Virus record (IMG/VR): IMGVR_UViG_3300045988_152627
Origin: a virus
Taxonomy: Duplodnaviria; Heunggongvirae; Uroviricota; Caudoviricetes
Length of the DNA: 46,969 nucleotides
Direction: 5' to 3' (one strand)
The notes below the pieces were generated by a model that had not been told where the DNA came from, ran no database searches, and saw only the letters and a program-made list of their open reading frames with translations. Made by a program: the position numbers and the translations under genes. This document shows, one piece after another, positions 37,097 through 45,947 of this stretch (its first letter is position 1; every line of letters begins with the position of its first letter).

Positions 37097-37279
37097 TTGG
37101 CCGTCGCGACACAACAAGGGGAATTTGTTATGTCCGAGCAACAATATACACGGTTACTAAAAACTCGTCTAATAGACCTCAAACGGCTGCAAGCTGGCCG
37201 CTTATTTGCCCTGCTATCCACCAGGCCAGAATGGGTACGTGAAGCAGTTCTGAAAGGCTTAATGCGCTCCAGCGTTTAA
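37097..37279 (+). CDS. Hypothetical small protein
   Basis: 60 aa ORF followed by terminator hairpin 37296..37311. Confidence 0.3.
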   Translation: MAVATQQGEFVMSEQQYTRLLKTRLIDLKRLQAGRLFALLSTRPEWVREAVLKGLMRSSV

Positions 37280-37295
37280 ATTCAACCATAAAAAA

Positions 37296-37311
37296 GGCCC
37301 CCGAAGGGGCC
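37296..37311. terminator. Bidirectional terminator hairpin GGCCCCCGAAGGGGCC
   Basis: Perfect GC-rich hairpin flanked by an A-run upstream and T-rich sequence on the opposite strand. Confidence 0.55.
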
Positions 37312-37877
37312 TAATCGCTACTTGCTGCTAATGTTTATCGTCACATTCAGAGCGTTATCAGTAATCTTCCAACCCTCCCCATGTGGCGTAAACAAAGCCC
37401 CAGTAACAACGATAAAAATACACATACAGTATTTTTTCATTGTATGGCCCTTACAGGCCGTTTCACGGCATCCCCACCGACGAAAACAACGCGAGAGCAA
37501 GCACGGCTGCTTGTGCTTGCATGTACGGCAACAGGAAATCCTCCCCTAAAGTCGGTGCCCGGGTGCGAATCGGCGGGAAGGTCCACAGGTATTTTACGAT
37601 TATTTTAAGATTAGTAATAGGAAATAAATTAAACGAAAAAACCAGTTTATTTTCACAAAATCAGTAACCTACCCACAATCTGTGAGTTTGCAGACACAAC
37701 AAGAACCACAATTTTTTGAAGCATAATAGTGGACTATTATTACCTTTTGGGTAAAATCAACTTGCTGCTTGTGCTTGCGTGGTTGTTTATACAACAACGT
37801 AATGCTGAAAGGACCGCGAATCCGATCAGCACGAAAGAACCGTCCTCAATAGGGCGGTTTTTTTGTTTCTTCACTCA

Positions 37878-38417
37878 TTAAAACAGTCCAAGACCTGTTA
37901 ATGGCTTCTGATAATCTCGATTATTCATATCAGCGCCGTTATCGACCCAATTTCTATATGCTTCATCGCAACAATACATTACAGCAGTTGGAGTATCTGG
38001 GATGCCGCCCCCAAATGAGAATCCCATTGAGCTAATGCTAACTCTTTCTAATGGCCTATTTCTCAATGCTTCAAACCCCTTGCTATTAAAGTAACGCAGC
38101 ATCAGAGGTAAAAGGTTATCCTCGTCCTGACTGATTGTTCCAGGGAAAAAGTAGTAACCATAACGGTTAAATTCGGGAATAAGATTTTCTACCAATGACA
38201 TGAAATTCACTGGAGTAATATTAAGGGCTGTGAAAGCACCAAAAAGGGCGTCAACTGTTAATACAGACTGCCCGTTCTCTATCTTTGTCCATGCGTTTGG
38301 TGTTTTTCCAGCAGCTTGAGCCAGTACTCCTTGATGCACACCTCTTTCTAGCCTAAGTTCTTTTATGATCATTAGGTGAATTGTTGAAAAACATGAGTTT
38401 TTTGACTGTTCAATCAT
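37878..38417 (-). CDS. XRE-type HTH domain fused to an uncharacterised C-terminal domain
   Basis: 179 aa; N-terminal HTH LAQAAGKTPNAWTKIENGQSVLTVDALF; low-GC gene flanked by AT-rich non-coding DNA. Confidence 0.5.
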   Translation of the reverse strand: MIEQSKNSCFSTIHLMIIKELRLERGVHQGVLAQAAGKTPNAWTKIENGQSVLTVDALFGAFTALNITPVNFMSLVENLIPEFNRYGYYFFPGTISQDEDNLLPLMLRYFNSKGFEALRNRPLERVSISSMGFSFGGGIPDTPTAVMYCCDEAYRNWVDNGADMNNRDYQKPLTGLGLF

Positions 38418-38554
38418 TTTTTATCCCCATATTGAATTTTTTCTTTGTTCCCAACTTTAACAAAACACCACAACTTAGGAATGTATAGTTCCTTAAATGA
38501 ATCATACATTCCCACCTTCGGTATATCAAGAAAATTAAAAGCTCGGCATTCAAA

Positions 38555-38569
38555 CCCACACTATGTGGT
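38555..38569. promoter_or_regulatory. Operator-like palindrome CCCACACTATGTGGT upstream of the antirepressor operon
   Basis: CCAC-N5-GTGG pattern 25 bp upstream of a TTGACA element at 38593..38598. Confidence 0.45.
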
Positions 38570-38864
38570 TGTCTCTGTTAAAATCCCGCCGTATTGACAT
38601 GAATGCGCCATTGGTGGACACTTTCCGAGCCGTAGCAAAATCTACGGTCGGGATTAGCCTCCTGAATAACACGATGGCGCATACCGCGTTAGCGGTTTTT
38701 TTATGCGTAGAGCACTGTTACGCCCAAATTATGGTGGGTCGTACAGGGGCGGAGAAATCCGCGCCGGTTCGTCATTGTGTCCGGTAAGGCTAACCCTGTA
38801 CGGCTCACCACCATTTGATTAGCCTCGAATGGCGGTGATAGTTCCATATATTGGAGATATCACA

Positions 38865-39056
38865 ATGACAAACTTACCCCATGACTATTACGTCAACCTC
38901 GTAAAGATCCTTCTCAAGAAAGCCTCATACGCCGATAAATTCCGCCTGGCTGAAATAATCGAGCGCGAAGCTATGCGCATCGCCAGCAACGATAACGCTG
39001 TTTCTGACGCAAAAATCTCCCTCGTAACCAAAGTAGTTATGGGAGGTGCAAAATGA
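38865..39056 (+). CDS. Hypothetical small protein, coupled to the antirepressor
   Basis: 63 aa from ATG 38865 (RBS GGAGAT); stop overlaps the antirepressor start. Confidence 0.35.
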   Translation: MTNLPHDYYVNLVKILLKKASYADKFRLAEIIEREAMRIASNDNAVSDAKISLVTKVVMGGAK

Positions 39057-40195
39057 AAACGCTTCCGACCGTTAACACCCTACAGCCTATCCTGCATAAC
39101 CAGATCCCCGTTATCACCACGGAGCTGCTTGCCAAACTATATGGCTGTAGCGTCGAATGTCTTCACAGAAATCACCACCGTAATAAGTCCCGGTTTACAG
39201 AAGGAAAACATTTCATAGTTGTAAAAGGTACAGATCTCCAAAGTTTGAAAATCTCTTTAAGAGATTTTCAAACCATCGCGAATAACGTTAGAAAGCTCAT
39301 CCTCTGGACCGAACGCGGGGCTGCACGTCACGCTAAAATGCTCGAAACCGATCAGGCATGGGATGTATTCGAACGGCTGGAAGACTGCTACTTCAACCAG
39401 AACGCGCAAACGGCCGCGACCGTAACCGTCTCACCAAACAATGCTCGTGAGGTTGTCGATACGCTCAACGCTAAACCAATGTATTACGTTAAGGTGTGCA
39501 ACAACGAGCCACTCACAACCTCAGCCGATGTTGCCCAAGCATTCAGCACCACAAACAATTCCATCGTTATGGCCATCGATGCGTTACGTATTCCTCGCAC
39601 AGCTGCGGCGCGTCACTTCTTTAAAGAACAACGACCGCTGGAAGGAAGCGACCGCGAAATAACAATCTATCGCATGACAAAAGACGGATTTACCTTGCTC
39701 ATGGAAAGTATCGACGGTCCAGGCGTGAAGGATATCAAGCTGGCCTACATTGAAGCCTTTAACGCTATCAGCAGCGTGTTAAAGGCAGAATACGAGCGAA
39801 TGCTATACAACCGACTGTATCAGGAAACAAAGATTATCCGAACGGCAACAGAACATCATCGGCTATTAACGGAACCAAACTACCGCAAGACACTAATCAA
39901 AGAATTTGACAAGGCGACGGAGAAAACTAAAGCGGCACTAAATCTACCAACAATGACTAAAGATGATGTGATATCAGCCTTACTTCTTGATCTGCTCAGA
40001 AACGCCAGAGCACTTATCAGTTTTGACGAAAACCTGAATCCTCAGCTCAAGCTACTACCACCGACAGGCAAAGTAGTCGACCAAGCAGATCACAACAGCA
40101 TACTCAGCGTACTGGATGCAAACCTGCCAGCCAGGACACTACAGGAGCTGATAAAAATATCTGCGGATAAACTGGCCGCAGGTGCAAAACCATAA
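39053..40195 (+). CDS. Phage antirepressor (KilA-N/ORF6N-like N-terminus plus Rha-like domain)
   Basis: 380 aa; N-terminal ITTELLAKLYGCS...KHFIVVKGTDL and central TSADVAQAFSTTNNSIVMAIDAL resembling the Rha motif. Confidence 0.65.
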   Translation: MKTLPTVNTLQPILHNQIPVITTELLAKLYGCSVECLHRNHHRNKSRFTEGKHFIVVKGTDLQSLKISLRDFQTIANNVRKLILWTERGAARHAKMLETDQAWDVFERLEDCYFNQNAQTAATVTVSPNNAREVVDTLNAKPMYYVKVCNNEPLTTSADVAQAFSTTNNSIVMAIDALRIPRTAAARHFFKEQRPLEGSDREITIYRMTKDGFTLLMESIDGPGVKDIKLAYIEAFNAISSVLKAEYERMLYNRLYQETKIIRTATEHHRLLTEPNYRKTLIKEFDKATEKTKAALNLPTMTKDDVISALLLDLLRNARALISFDENLNPQLKLLPPTGKVVDQADHNSILSVLDANLPARTLQELIKISADKLAAGAKP

Positions 40196-40200
40196 AACAA

Positions 40201-40219
40201 AGCGCCCGATTTGGGCGCT
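40201..40219. terminator. Bidirectional terminator between convergent genes
   Basis: Hairpin AGCGCCC-GATTT-GGGCGCT between 39053..40195 (+) and 40230..40865 (-). Confidence 0.5.
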
Positions 40220-40229
40220 TCTTCAATTC

Positions 40230-40865
40230 TTAATATTTCGGTGTAATCAGTAGCGATACATGCCCTGATTTGTCACGAGAAACGTAATACTCGCCTCTCT
40301 TAGTCTTGAACTCAGCTTTCTGCATATCTGATTTAACAATCTGCTCTAACTGCGCAATCACGGTGTCTCTTTCACTTGACGCATCCAAGACTTCAACTGC
40401 TACGGCCATAGAAAGCAAGGAATCAGAGTTAGGCTTGGATACTCGCCATAATAACTCAGAAATCTTCCCATCCTTATCAACTCTAGCCCGACCGTTAACA
40501 GATGAGTTGATGGCAAATTCAACGGTGTTGTTACCTTGTTTAACAGACTTAATTCTTATAGTGGAGGTGGCTTTTCCTGATGTAGCGATGCCTTCAAGGT
40601 CATCATTATATAACTGCTTAAACTTATCTACGGTCACACCATCAAAAGCAGCTCCGGTAGTAGCCGCAGTGTTGGAGTCTTCTGGGATCAAGGTCACAGC
40701 CGCAAGAGTATTAACAACTACAAAAGTAGCAATCCCGAGAAAGCCACTCACTAAAACAGCTTTGAACTTACCACCAGAAGACGAGGCACATTGTTTCCGA
40801 TATGCGCCACGAACTACGAAGAAACACAAAATCAGGCTAATAATAAACGCCACCAGCATCCCCAT
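40230..40865 (-). CDS. Membrane-anchored protein of unknown function
   Basis: 211 aa; two N-terminal TM helices followed by a soluble Ser/Thr-rich domain. Confidence 0.45.
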   Translation of the reverse strand: MGMLVAFIISLILCFFVVRGAYRKQCASSSGGKFKAVLVSGFLGIATFVVVNTLAAVTLIPEDSNTAATTGAAFDGVTVDKFKQLYNDDLEGIATSGKATSTIRIKSVKQGNNTVEFAINSSVNGRARVDKDGKISELLWRVSKPNSDSLLSMAVAVEVLDASSERDTVIAQLEQIVKSDMQKAEFKTKRGEYYVSRDKSGHVSLLITPKY

Positions 40866-41500
40866 AGAAATCTCCTTTTAGATATAAGGGTAAAGCAATA
40901 TCGTATTAGATCTTCCTTAAGACACAACCCCCCCTCCCCCCATACAGGGTGCCCTTTACCGGAGTTCCGGCCCCTTCTCAAAAGCATCAAAAAAAGCTCG
41001 AGATCGAGTACCGGAACTCATGCCACCAGATAGCTCCACATCGTTTCCAATGCTTCGCCGCCGTGTGCGCCCTGTGGCCCACAATCATGCCATTGGTCGT
41101 CTGATATACCTTCTTCTGCTCATTGAGCACAGGCGAGTTGTCGCACTCCTGCCTTTCTCAGACTCGACTTAGTTTAGATCGCTGTTCCTGGCTTGCGTCA
41201 GCACACTTTCCCCTTGTACGCATACCCGCGCGCCACTTCGCCCAAAAACACCGAACCCAACGAAGTAGCAAAGACAACGACGCGAGCGTGAGTCTGAAAC
41301 GTGCACCAGTAAAAAAGGGGTTGCAGGCGCAAAAAGATTTGATTATCTTTAGACGCAAGAAAGCCGCCCCAATCAAGAGGTGTCTTTTTAAATCCAGCCT
41401 ACCAAGCAAGATTTAAATTTCAGACTGAAAACCGCCCGGCAAGGCGGTTTTTGTCTTTCTGGCGCTTACATTACACCACCAGAAAACGATCCGTAAAGGA

Positions 41501-41773
41501 TCATTTGATCCCTTGTTCCAATTCTGCCGACACTTTAACCTTTTCCCATACAAGGGTTTGCAGCCTTAACAGAATCGCATCTTTATCAAGGTGTGAAAGA
41601 TCCTTAACCATATCGTCAAACGACAGAACGCGAATGGCCATCTCAATGACCCTCGGCGGCTCCCCCTTCTCATATCGCTTATATGTAGCCAACGATATCC
41701 CAAACTCTTCGGCTGCTCGCTCCTGCGTCCAGTTCATCCCACGACGCCATAATTTCAATTCGTAACCCGTCAT
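41501..41773 (-). CDS. XRE-family HTH regulator
   Basis: 90 aa; HTH WTQERAAEEFGISLATYKRYEKG; divergent from 41875..42300. Confidence 0.6.
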   Translation of the reverse strand: MTGYELKLWRRGMNWTQERAAEEFGISLATYKRYEKGEPPRVIEMAIRVLSFDDMVKDLSHLDKDAILLRLQTLVWEKVKVSAELEQGIK

Positions 41774-41874
41774 TACATCCTCTACCTTTCCCTAGATATT
41801 CAATAAATTAGACATAGCCACTCACGACAAAATAAGATGTATTAACAATCCAATCTTTAGGCTTTAGGTAAAAA

Positions 41875-42300
41875 ATGAGTTCATCTGCTTTTGTCACCGT
41901 GGTCACTGGTGTAAGTGTTTTTGTTCTAGGCCAACTCATCGTCAAAGGAGCTATTGAGCCTTACATTTCATTCAGGGAACAACTAGGGAAAATATCCAAT
42001 CTGTTATTATGTAACCAAGCAAAAATAGTGAATCCTGGCTCGAACTTAAAGCCAGAAATCATTCATGATCTAAAAGATTCCGCAGCACAGTTAATGGCAA
42101 AATATTCCACTTTACCTTTCTATATCAAAAAGTTACATATCGGCTTTCGTCTTGTTCCATCAGCCACCGAGATTCTTGGGGCAGCTCGAAATTTGAACTA
42201 TATAGCGTCAATACATGAAGGTAAGACTGGGGAGAATCCATCTAAGCATCTCGAAGAGATTGGCCATATGCTCAAAATACCAACTACCTATTCAAGCTAA
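41875..42300 (+). CDS. Hypothetical protein with N-terminal TM helix
   Basis: 141 aa; N-terminal hydrophobic helix SAFVTVVTGVSVFVLGQLIV; low-GC gene. Confidence 0.4.
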   Translation: MSSSAFVTVVTGVSVFVLGQLIVKGAIEPYISFREQLGKISNLLLCNQAKIVNPGSNLKPEIIHDLKDSAAQLMAKYSTLPFYIKKLHIGFRLVPSATEILGAARNLNYIASIHEGKTGENPSKHLEEIGHMLKIPTTYSS

Positions 42301-42366
42301 CCCAATGTAAGTTATCGGCTTGCCCCACAATAAGTTATCTATCTTCAAACGCCCCTATATTAACAC

Positions 42367-42393
42367 TCGCAAAGTGTCAAAATGACACTTTGC
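42367..42393. terminator. Bidirectional terminator, 11-bp perfect stem
   Basis: GCAAAGTGTCA-AAA-TGACACTTTGC between convergent genes 41875..42300 and 42403..42783. Confidence 0.55.
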
Positions 42394-42402
42394 GCATTGT
42401 GT

Positions 42403-42783
42403 TTACTTAACGAGGAATAAAAATGGTTTATCGTTCGGCGGTGTACTCGGGGCTGGCTCGCTTTTGCTCATACGATCAGTGTACCAGGCCAGCTCCTTGT
42501 CAAAGTAAGCCTGATTAAAATAGGCCATGAATGTGGTTTCAAATCCATAACGACCGCTAATACGCAGCATCTGATTGCCGTTCTCTGTTTCCAGATATAC
42601 CTGGGCACGTTCCTGATTCTCCTTCAGCCAAGTTAAAGCCTCGTCGCACGAGGACACACGATACTCATCATCGTAGCCGTCATCGATGCGGCTTGAAGGA
42701 GAACGGCAAATCACGCCAACAGAACCAGCCAGGATAGTTTGAATTTTAAGGAAAGCGTTTTTGCGGATTTTAATCATGCTCAT
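42403..42783 (-). CDS. Hypothetical protein
   Basis: 126 aa; start codon sits exactly at the end of promoter-leader cassette copy 3. Confidence 0.4.
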   Translation of the reverse strand: MSMIKIRKNAFLKIQTILAGSVGVICRSPSSRIDDGYDDEYRVSSCDEALTWLKENQERAQVYLETENGNQMLRISGRYGFETTFMAYFNQAYFDKELAWYTDRMSKSEPAPSTPPNDKPFLFLVK

Positions 42784-42900
42784 CGGGTTATCTCCGGTTT
42801 AACCAGGGCGGGTATCGCTCGGTTTCGGGTATAACATTAGGAAATTTTTTCCCACCTGTAAAGCACTTTTATATAAATCTATAATTATATAATTCTATGA
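42784..42900 (-). promoter_or_regulatory. Promoter-leader cassette copy 3 (TTTACA-N17-TAATGT)
   Basis: Minus-strand -35 at 42857..42862 and -10 at 42834..42839; about 88 bp identical to copy 1 from the ATG up to the -35. Confidence 0.6.
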
Positions 42901-42945
42901 GCACAAAAAAGCCCCTTTGCAACAGGGGCTTATCATTCGTTCTGA

Positions 42946-43245
42946 TCAGATGTTAAACGCTATTCGTTTTCCTGTGGGAAGCTCAACATCCAGGCTTAAT
43001 TTGCCTCCCATAGCTTCAACGTAACGCTTTAATGTCGCCAGCTTTAAATCATTTCCGCGCTGCTCCAGCTTTGTTACTGCTGGCTGACTAATACCCATCG
43101 CCTCAGCAACCTGTTTTTGTGATAACTGGAGTTCTTCACGCATCATCTGCAAGCCGACCTCAAGAATCATCTCATCTGCCATTTCTTTAATTCGCGCCTG
43201 GCTTTCAGGTGAACGGCTGGCAATCACCTCATCTAATGTTCTCAT
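42946..43245 (-). CDS. higA: HigA-type HTH antitoxin
   Basis: 99 aa; HTH LSQKQVAEAMGISQPAVTKLEQ; downstream of and overlapping the toxin gene. Confidence 0.75.
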   Translation of the reverse strand: MRTLDEVIASRSPESQARIKEMADEMILEVGLQMMREELQLSQKQVAEAMGISQPAVTKLEQRGNDLKLATLKRYVEAMGGKLSLDVELPTGKRIAFNI

Positions 43246-43598
43246 TACTTGCTCTCCAGTGTGTTCAGATGTGCTGCAAACTCATCCTCAGCTATACGCA
43301 CCAGTTTTTCATAAAACCGTTTATCGTTACTTTTGTCTCCTGCACAAAGAACGATGGCCCGGCGAATCGGATCGAACGCATAAAAGGCTCTTATCGGACG
43401 GCCAGAAAACTGAACGCGAAGCTCTTTCATATTTTTGTACCGAGAACCTTTTACGGTATCGGCATATGGCCTGGGTAACTCAGGTCCGTAAACCTGTAGC
43501 TTTTTCAAATCAGCCAAAACCTTTTCCTGAAGAGCGTCTTCTTGCTCATTTAGCCAGTCGTCAAATCGCTGGCTAAAAAGTACCGTCCACATGCTCAA
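43245..43598 (-). CDS. higB: RelE/ParE-superfamily toxin (HigB / Gp49-like)
   Basis: 117 aa; toxin-first order with a 1-bp overlap to the antitoxin; sequence pattern typical of HigB-like toxins. Confidence 0.75.
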   Translation of the reverse strand: MSMWTVLFSQRFDDWLNEQEDALQEKVLADLKKLQVYGPELPRPYADTVKGSRYKNMKELRVQFSGRPIRAFYAFDPIRRAIVLCAGDKSNDKRFYEKLVRIAEDEFAAHLNTLESK

Positions 43599-43836
43599 TC
43601 CTATAACCTGTAGTTTATATTACTAACTATATAACCTGTGGGTTATAATTTCAAGAAAAACGGGGCTATTTAACATAATGGACGTTATCGGCACCACCGG
43701 ATCACCGTTCATTGTCGGATCTAAAAAATCCGCTCAAAAGATCATGTTTTCCTGGGCGTTTTCCACCGTTTTTTATGTTGCTTATTTGTTAATGAAATCT
43801 CGTTTTCAGTTTCGCCTCATTTTCGACGCGAAAGCC

Positions 43837-44127
43837 CTATTTTTGTGACTTTACTCCTGGCATATGGACTTCCCAGCGACGAATCCCCATAGCTGCGCAA
43901 AAATCAGCCACATAATTCAATCCCGCCCATTCGCGGATACCACCACGGGCTTTTTCAATGAAAACGGCAATCCCTTTTTTATTGAGAGCAAAAAGCCGCC
44001 AGCTTTTTGTCACTTCGTCCTGGGTAGCCACAACACAAGTGAAAGCGCCCATGCGATACAGGTCCAAGAACTCTTTGCGTGTTTTACGTACAAGTTCCAT
44101 AACAAACCTCATATTTGCATGTTTCAA
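43837..44127 (-). CDS. Hypothetical protein
   Basis: 96 aa ORF overlapping the upstream gene by 4 bp. Confidence 0.35.
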   Translation of the reverse strand: MKHANMRFVMELVRKTRKEFLDLYRMGAFTCVVATQDEVTKSWRLFALNKKGIAVFIEKARGGIREWAGLNYVADFCAAMGIRRWEVHMPGVKSQK

Positions 44128-44423
44128 ACATCTGTTTTGTCATCAATGAAGATTAACCCTAACCCAGCGAAGTAACACAGCAGCGCCCAGGCTGCATACG
44201 GAATGCTGGATCTGGATGTGGACTCCTTTAACATCTGCCAATTGCGAACATTGCGACTATCTTTTAGGCCAAGTTTTTTGGCCAACTGCGAGCCGCTCAT
44301 TCCGGTCAGGCCAATGACTGCCCGAACTTCTCCACATGTAGGAGATTCCCATTCATCCGCTTTTTTTAAACAAGCCGGATTCAACATTTTTAAAACAGTA
44401 TCTTTATCCATAACCATCTCCAT
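44124..44423 (-). CDS. Hypothetical HTH-like protein with C-terminal hydrophobic helix
   Basis: 99 aa; HTH-like MSGSQLAKKLGLKDSRNVRNW and C-terminal AAWALLCYFAGLGLIFI. Confidence 0.35.
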   Translation of the reverse strand: MEMVMDKDTVLKMLNPACLKKADEWESPTCGEVRAVIGLTGMSGSQLAKKLGLKDSRNVRNWQMLKESTSRSSIPYAAWALLCYFAGLGLIFIDDKTDV

Positions 44424-44469
44424 TTATTATATCTACGATGGTAGGAAATCTTTTCCTATGTGGCAATAG

Positions 44470-45054
44470 AAATTTACTACATTGCGTATAAGACAAGTTT
44501 TCTATGTCTAATAGGAAATGATGTTTCTTATGTTTTATCGCGTTCTGATGGCTACTGTGTGCGTATTTATCGACGTTTATTGATAAGGCTCACCCCTTCC
44601 TCCTGCAAAGCCCGGCCGTAGGCCTTATTTCGGCCTTATATAAATTGATTTTGTATAGTTCGAAACGCGCCGTTTCGAAAAGGATGATCAGGCTGCACCA
44701 TGCCTCCGGCAAGTGCCGGAGGAGGTATATTTGAGCGTAGCGACTCGAACCGGCGCGAGCTTTAGCTCGCTGCAAGGGCGAACATATTCACAGGCAAAGC
44801 CTGTGTAAGTTAAATAAAGAAAGTCTTAATAAAAGAAAGTGATTTTGCATTTATTTGTTTAGTGCATCTATTATAAAAAACCATTTGCATATACATATCA
44901 AAACTGTGGATAACTTGATTAGCTGATGCCTGTAAAGGCGATATTTACGCTGTGTTCAAGTTTAGAAAAAATCAATTCAGCCTGTTTTTTGAACAGATAT
45001 TTTATTGCGACGTAGATAATCCTCCGGTAAAACCGGATTCATCATTCAGGTGGG
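44470..45054. promoter_or_regulatory. Candidate plasmid replication origin (oriR-like) downstream of repA
   Basis: Non-coding region with an AT-rich stretch (44800..44900) next to a consensus DnaA box; position relative to repA as in IncFII replicons. Confidence 0.5.
44905..44913 (-). promoter_or_regulatory. DnaA box (TTATCCACA on the minus strand)
   Basis: Plus-strand TGTGGATAA, exact match to the DnaA box consensus. Confidence 0.6.
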
Positions 45055-45903
45055 TTAATGCTGGAGTGATTTCCAGGTCTTTCTTAGCCTGTTATAACGC
45101 TGCTCAACGAGGGATCGTAAATATGCAAGGTCAGCTCCAGGATACATGCCATCAGCAAATTCCTGGCTAACCTCTCTAGTGATTTGATGACGAAGTTCGG
45201 CCTCTCCCTTTTCCCGAACAAGACGCGCAGCTCTCTCCGCTGCTTTCTGTTTTGCCTTTATCTCTCTAGCCGTCTTCCTCTGACGCCATACATTCTCCAT
45301 CTGCTCCTGAATAACAATACGCTTATAATCAGCCTCCGTTATCGCTTTTTTAAGCCGTTCGCTATTCTTCGCATTGAAGTAATTAAGTTTCTGGCTAACC
45401 GCACGTCTCCATGCTTGTTCAGTAATACCAACGGTTTCCAGAAGTTGATCACGAATCTCTATTTTCGCTGGCCAATACTGTTTATTCACCCGATCCCAGC
45501 GACGTTCATAATCAATAAAACCTAACGCTTTCAGTTGCGACAACGCCCTTGTACAGCGCGTTATAGACTTGTTCCCAGCTTCGGATACGGTAGACAGGCC
45601 GCAAAAATCAGCCAACGCCTCAGCACTGGCCAGAACCCGCTTAGAAATGATGTTTACATGGTGCAAAATCGCAGCAATCACAGCATTAATCGCCCGACGA
45701 CGATGCTCGTTTATCCGGCGTTTCCGCTCTGACGGTTGATTAACGTAGAACGCAACCTCACACGTAAGATCACGACCATTAATGCGCTGTAAAGCATCAG
45801 ATAACACCAGCGGCAGCTTGTGCGTATGGTGCTTTGGAGGCTGGAACTCCGGCGACAAATTACAAACGTAAGCTGAACGTAGAGACTGCATTGGTCTATC
45901 CAT
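45055..45903 (-). CDS. repA: Plasmid replication initiator RepA, IncFII RepA1 family
   Basis: Segment RRAINAVIAAILHH...GNKSITRCTRALSQLKALGFIDYE parallels RepA1 RRAIDALLQGL...GKLSITRATRALTFLSELGLITYQ; start taken at the internal ATG 45903 (about 282 aa); the longer ORF to 46041 overlaps the antisense RNA. Confidence 0.8.
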   Translation of the reverse strand: MDRPMQSLRSAYVCNLSPEFQPPKHHTHKLPLVLSDALQRINGRDLTCEVAFYVNQPSERKRRINEHRRRAINAVIAAILHHVNIISKRVLASAEALADFCGLSTVSEAGNKSITRCTRALSQLKALGFIDYERRWDRVNKQYWPAKIEIRDQLLETVGITEQAWRRAVSQKLNYFNAKNSERLKKAITEADYKRIVIQEQMENVWRQRKTAREIKAKQKAAERAARLVREKGEAELRHQITREVSQEFADGMYPGADLAYLRSLVEQRYNRLRKTWKSLQH

Positions 45904-45947
45904 ATGTTCGCTCTTGCGTCCACGGAAAACCAACGTATAATGGGAGT

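Noticed and set aside
41123-41416. Overlapping ORFs 41123..41416 (+) and 41158..41409 (-)
   Set aside because: Mutually antisense, no RBS, Arg/Ser-rich low-complexity products; treated as non-coding within the GC-rich block.
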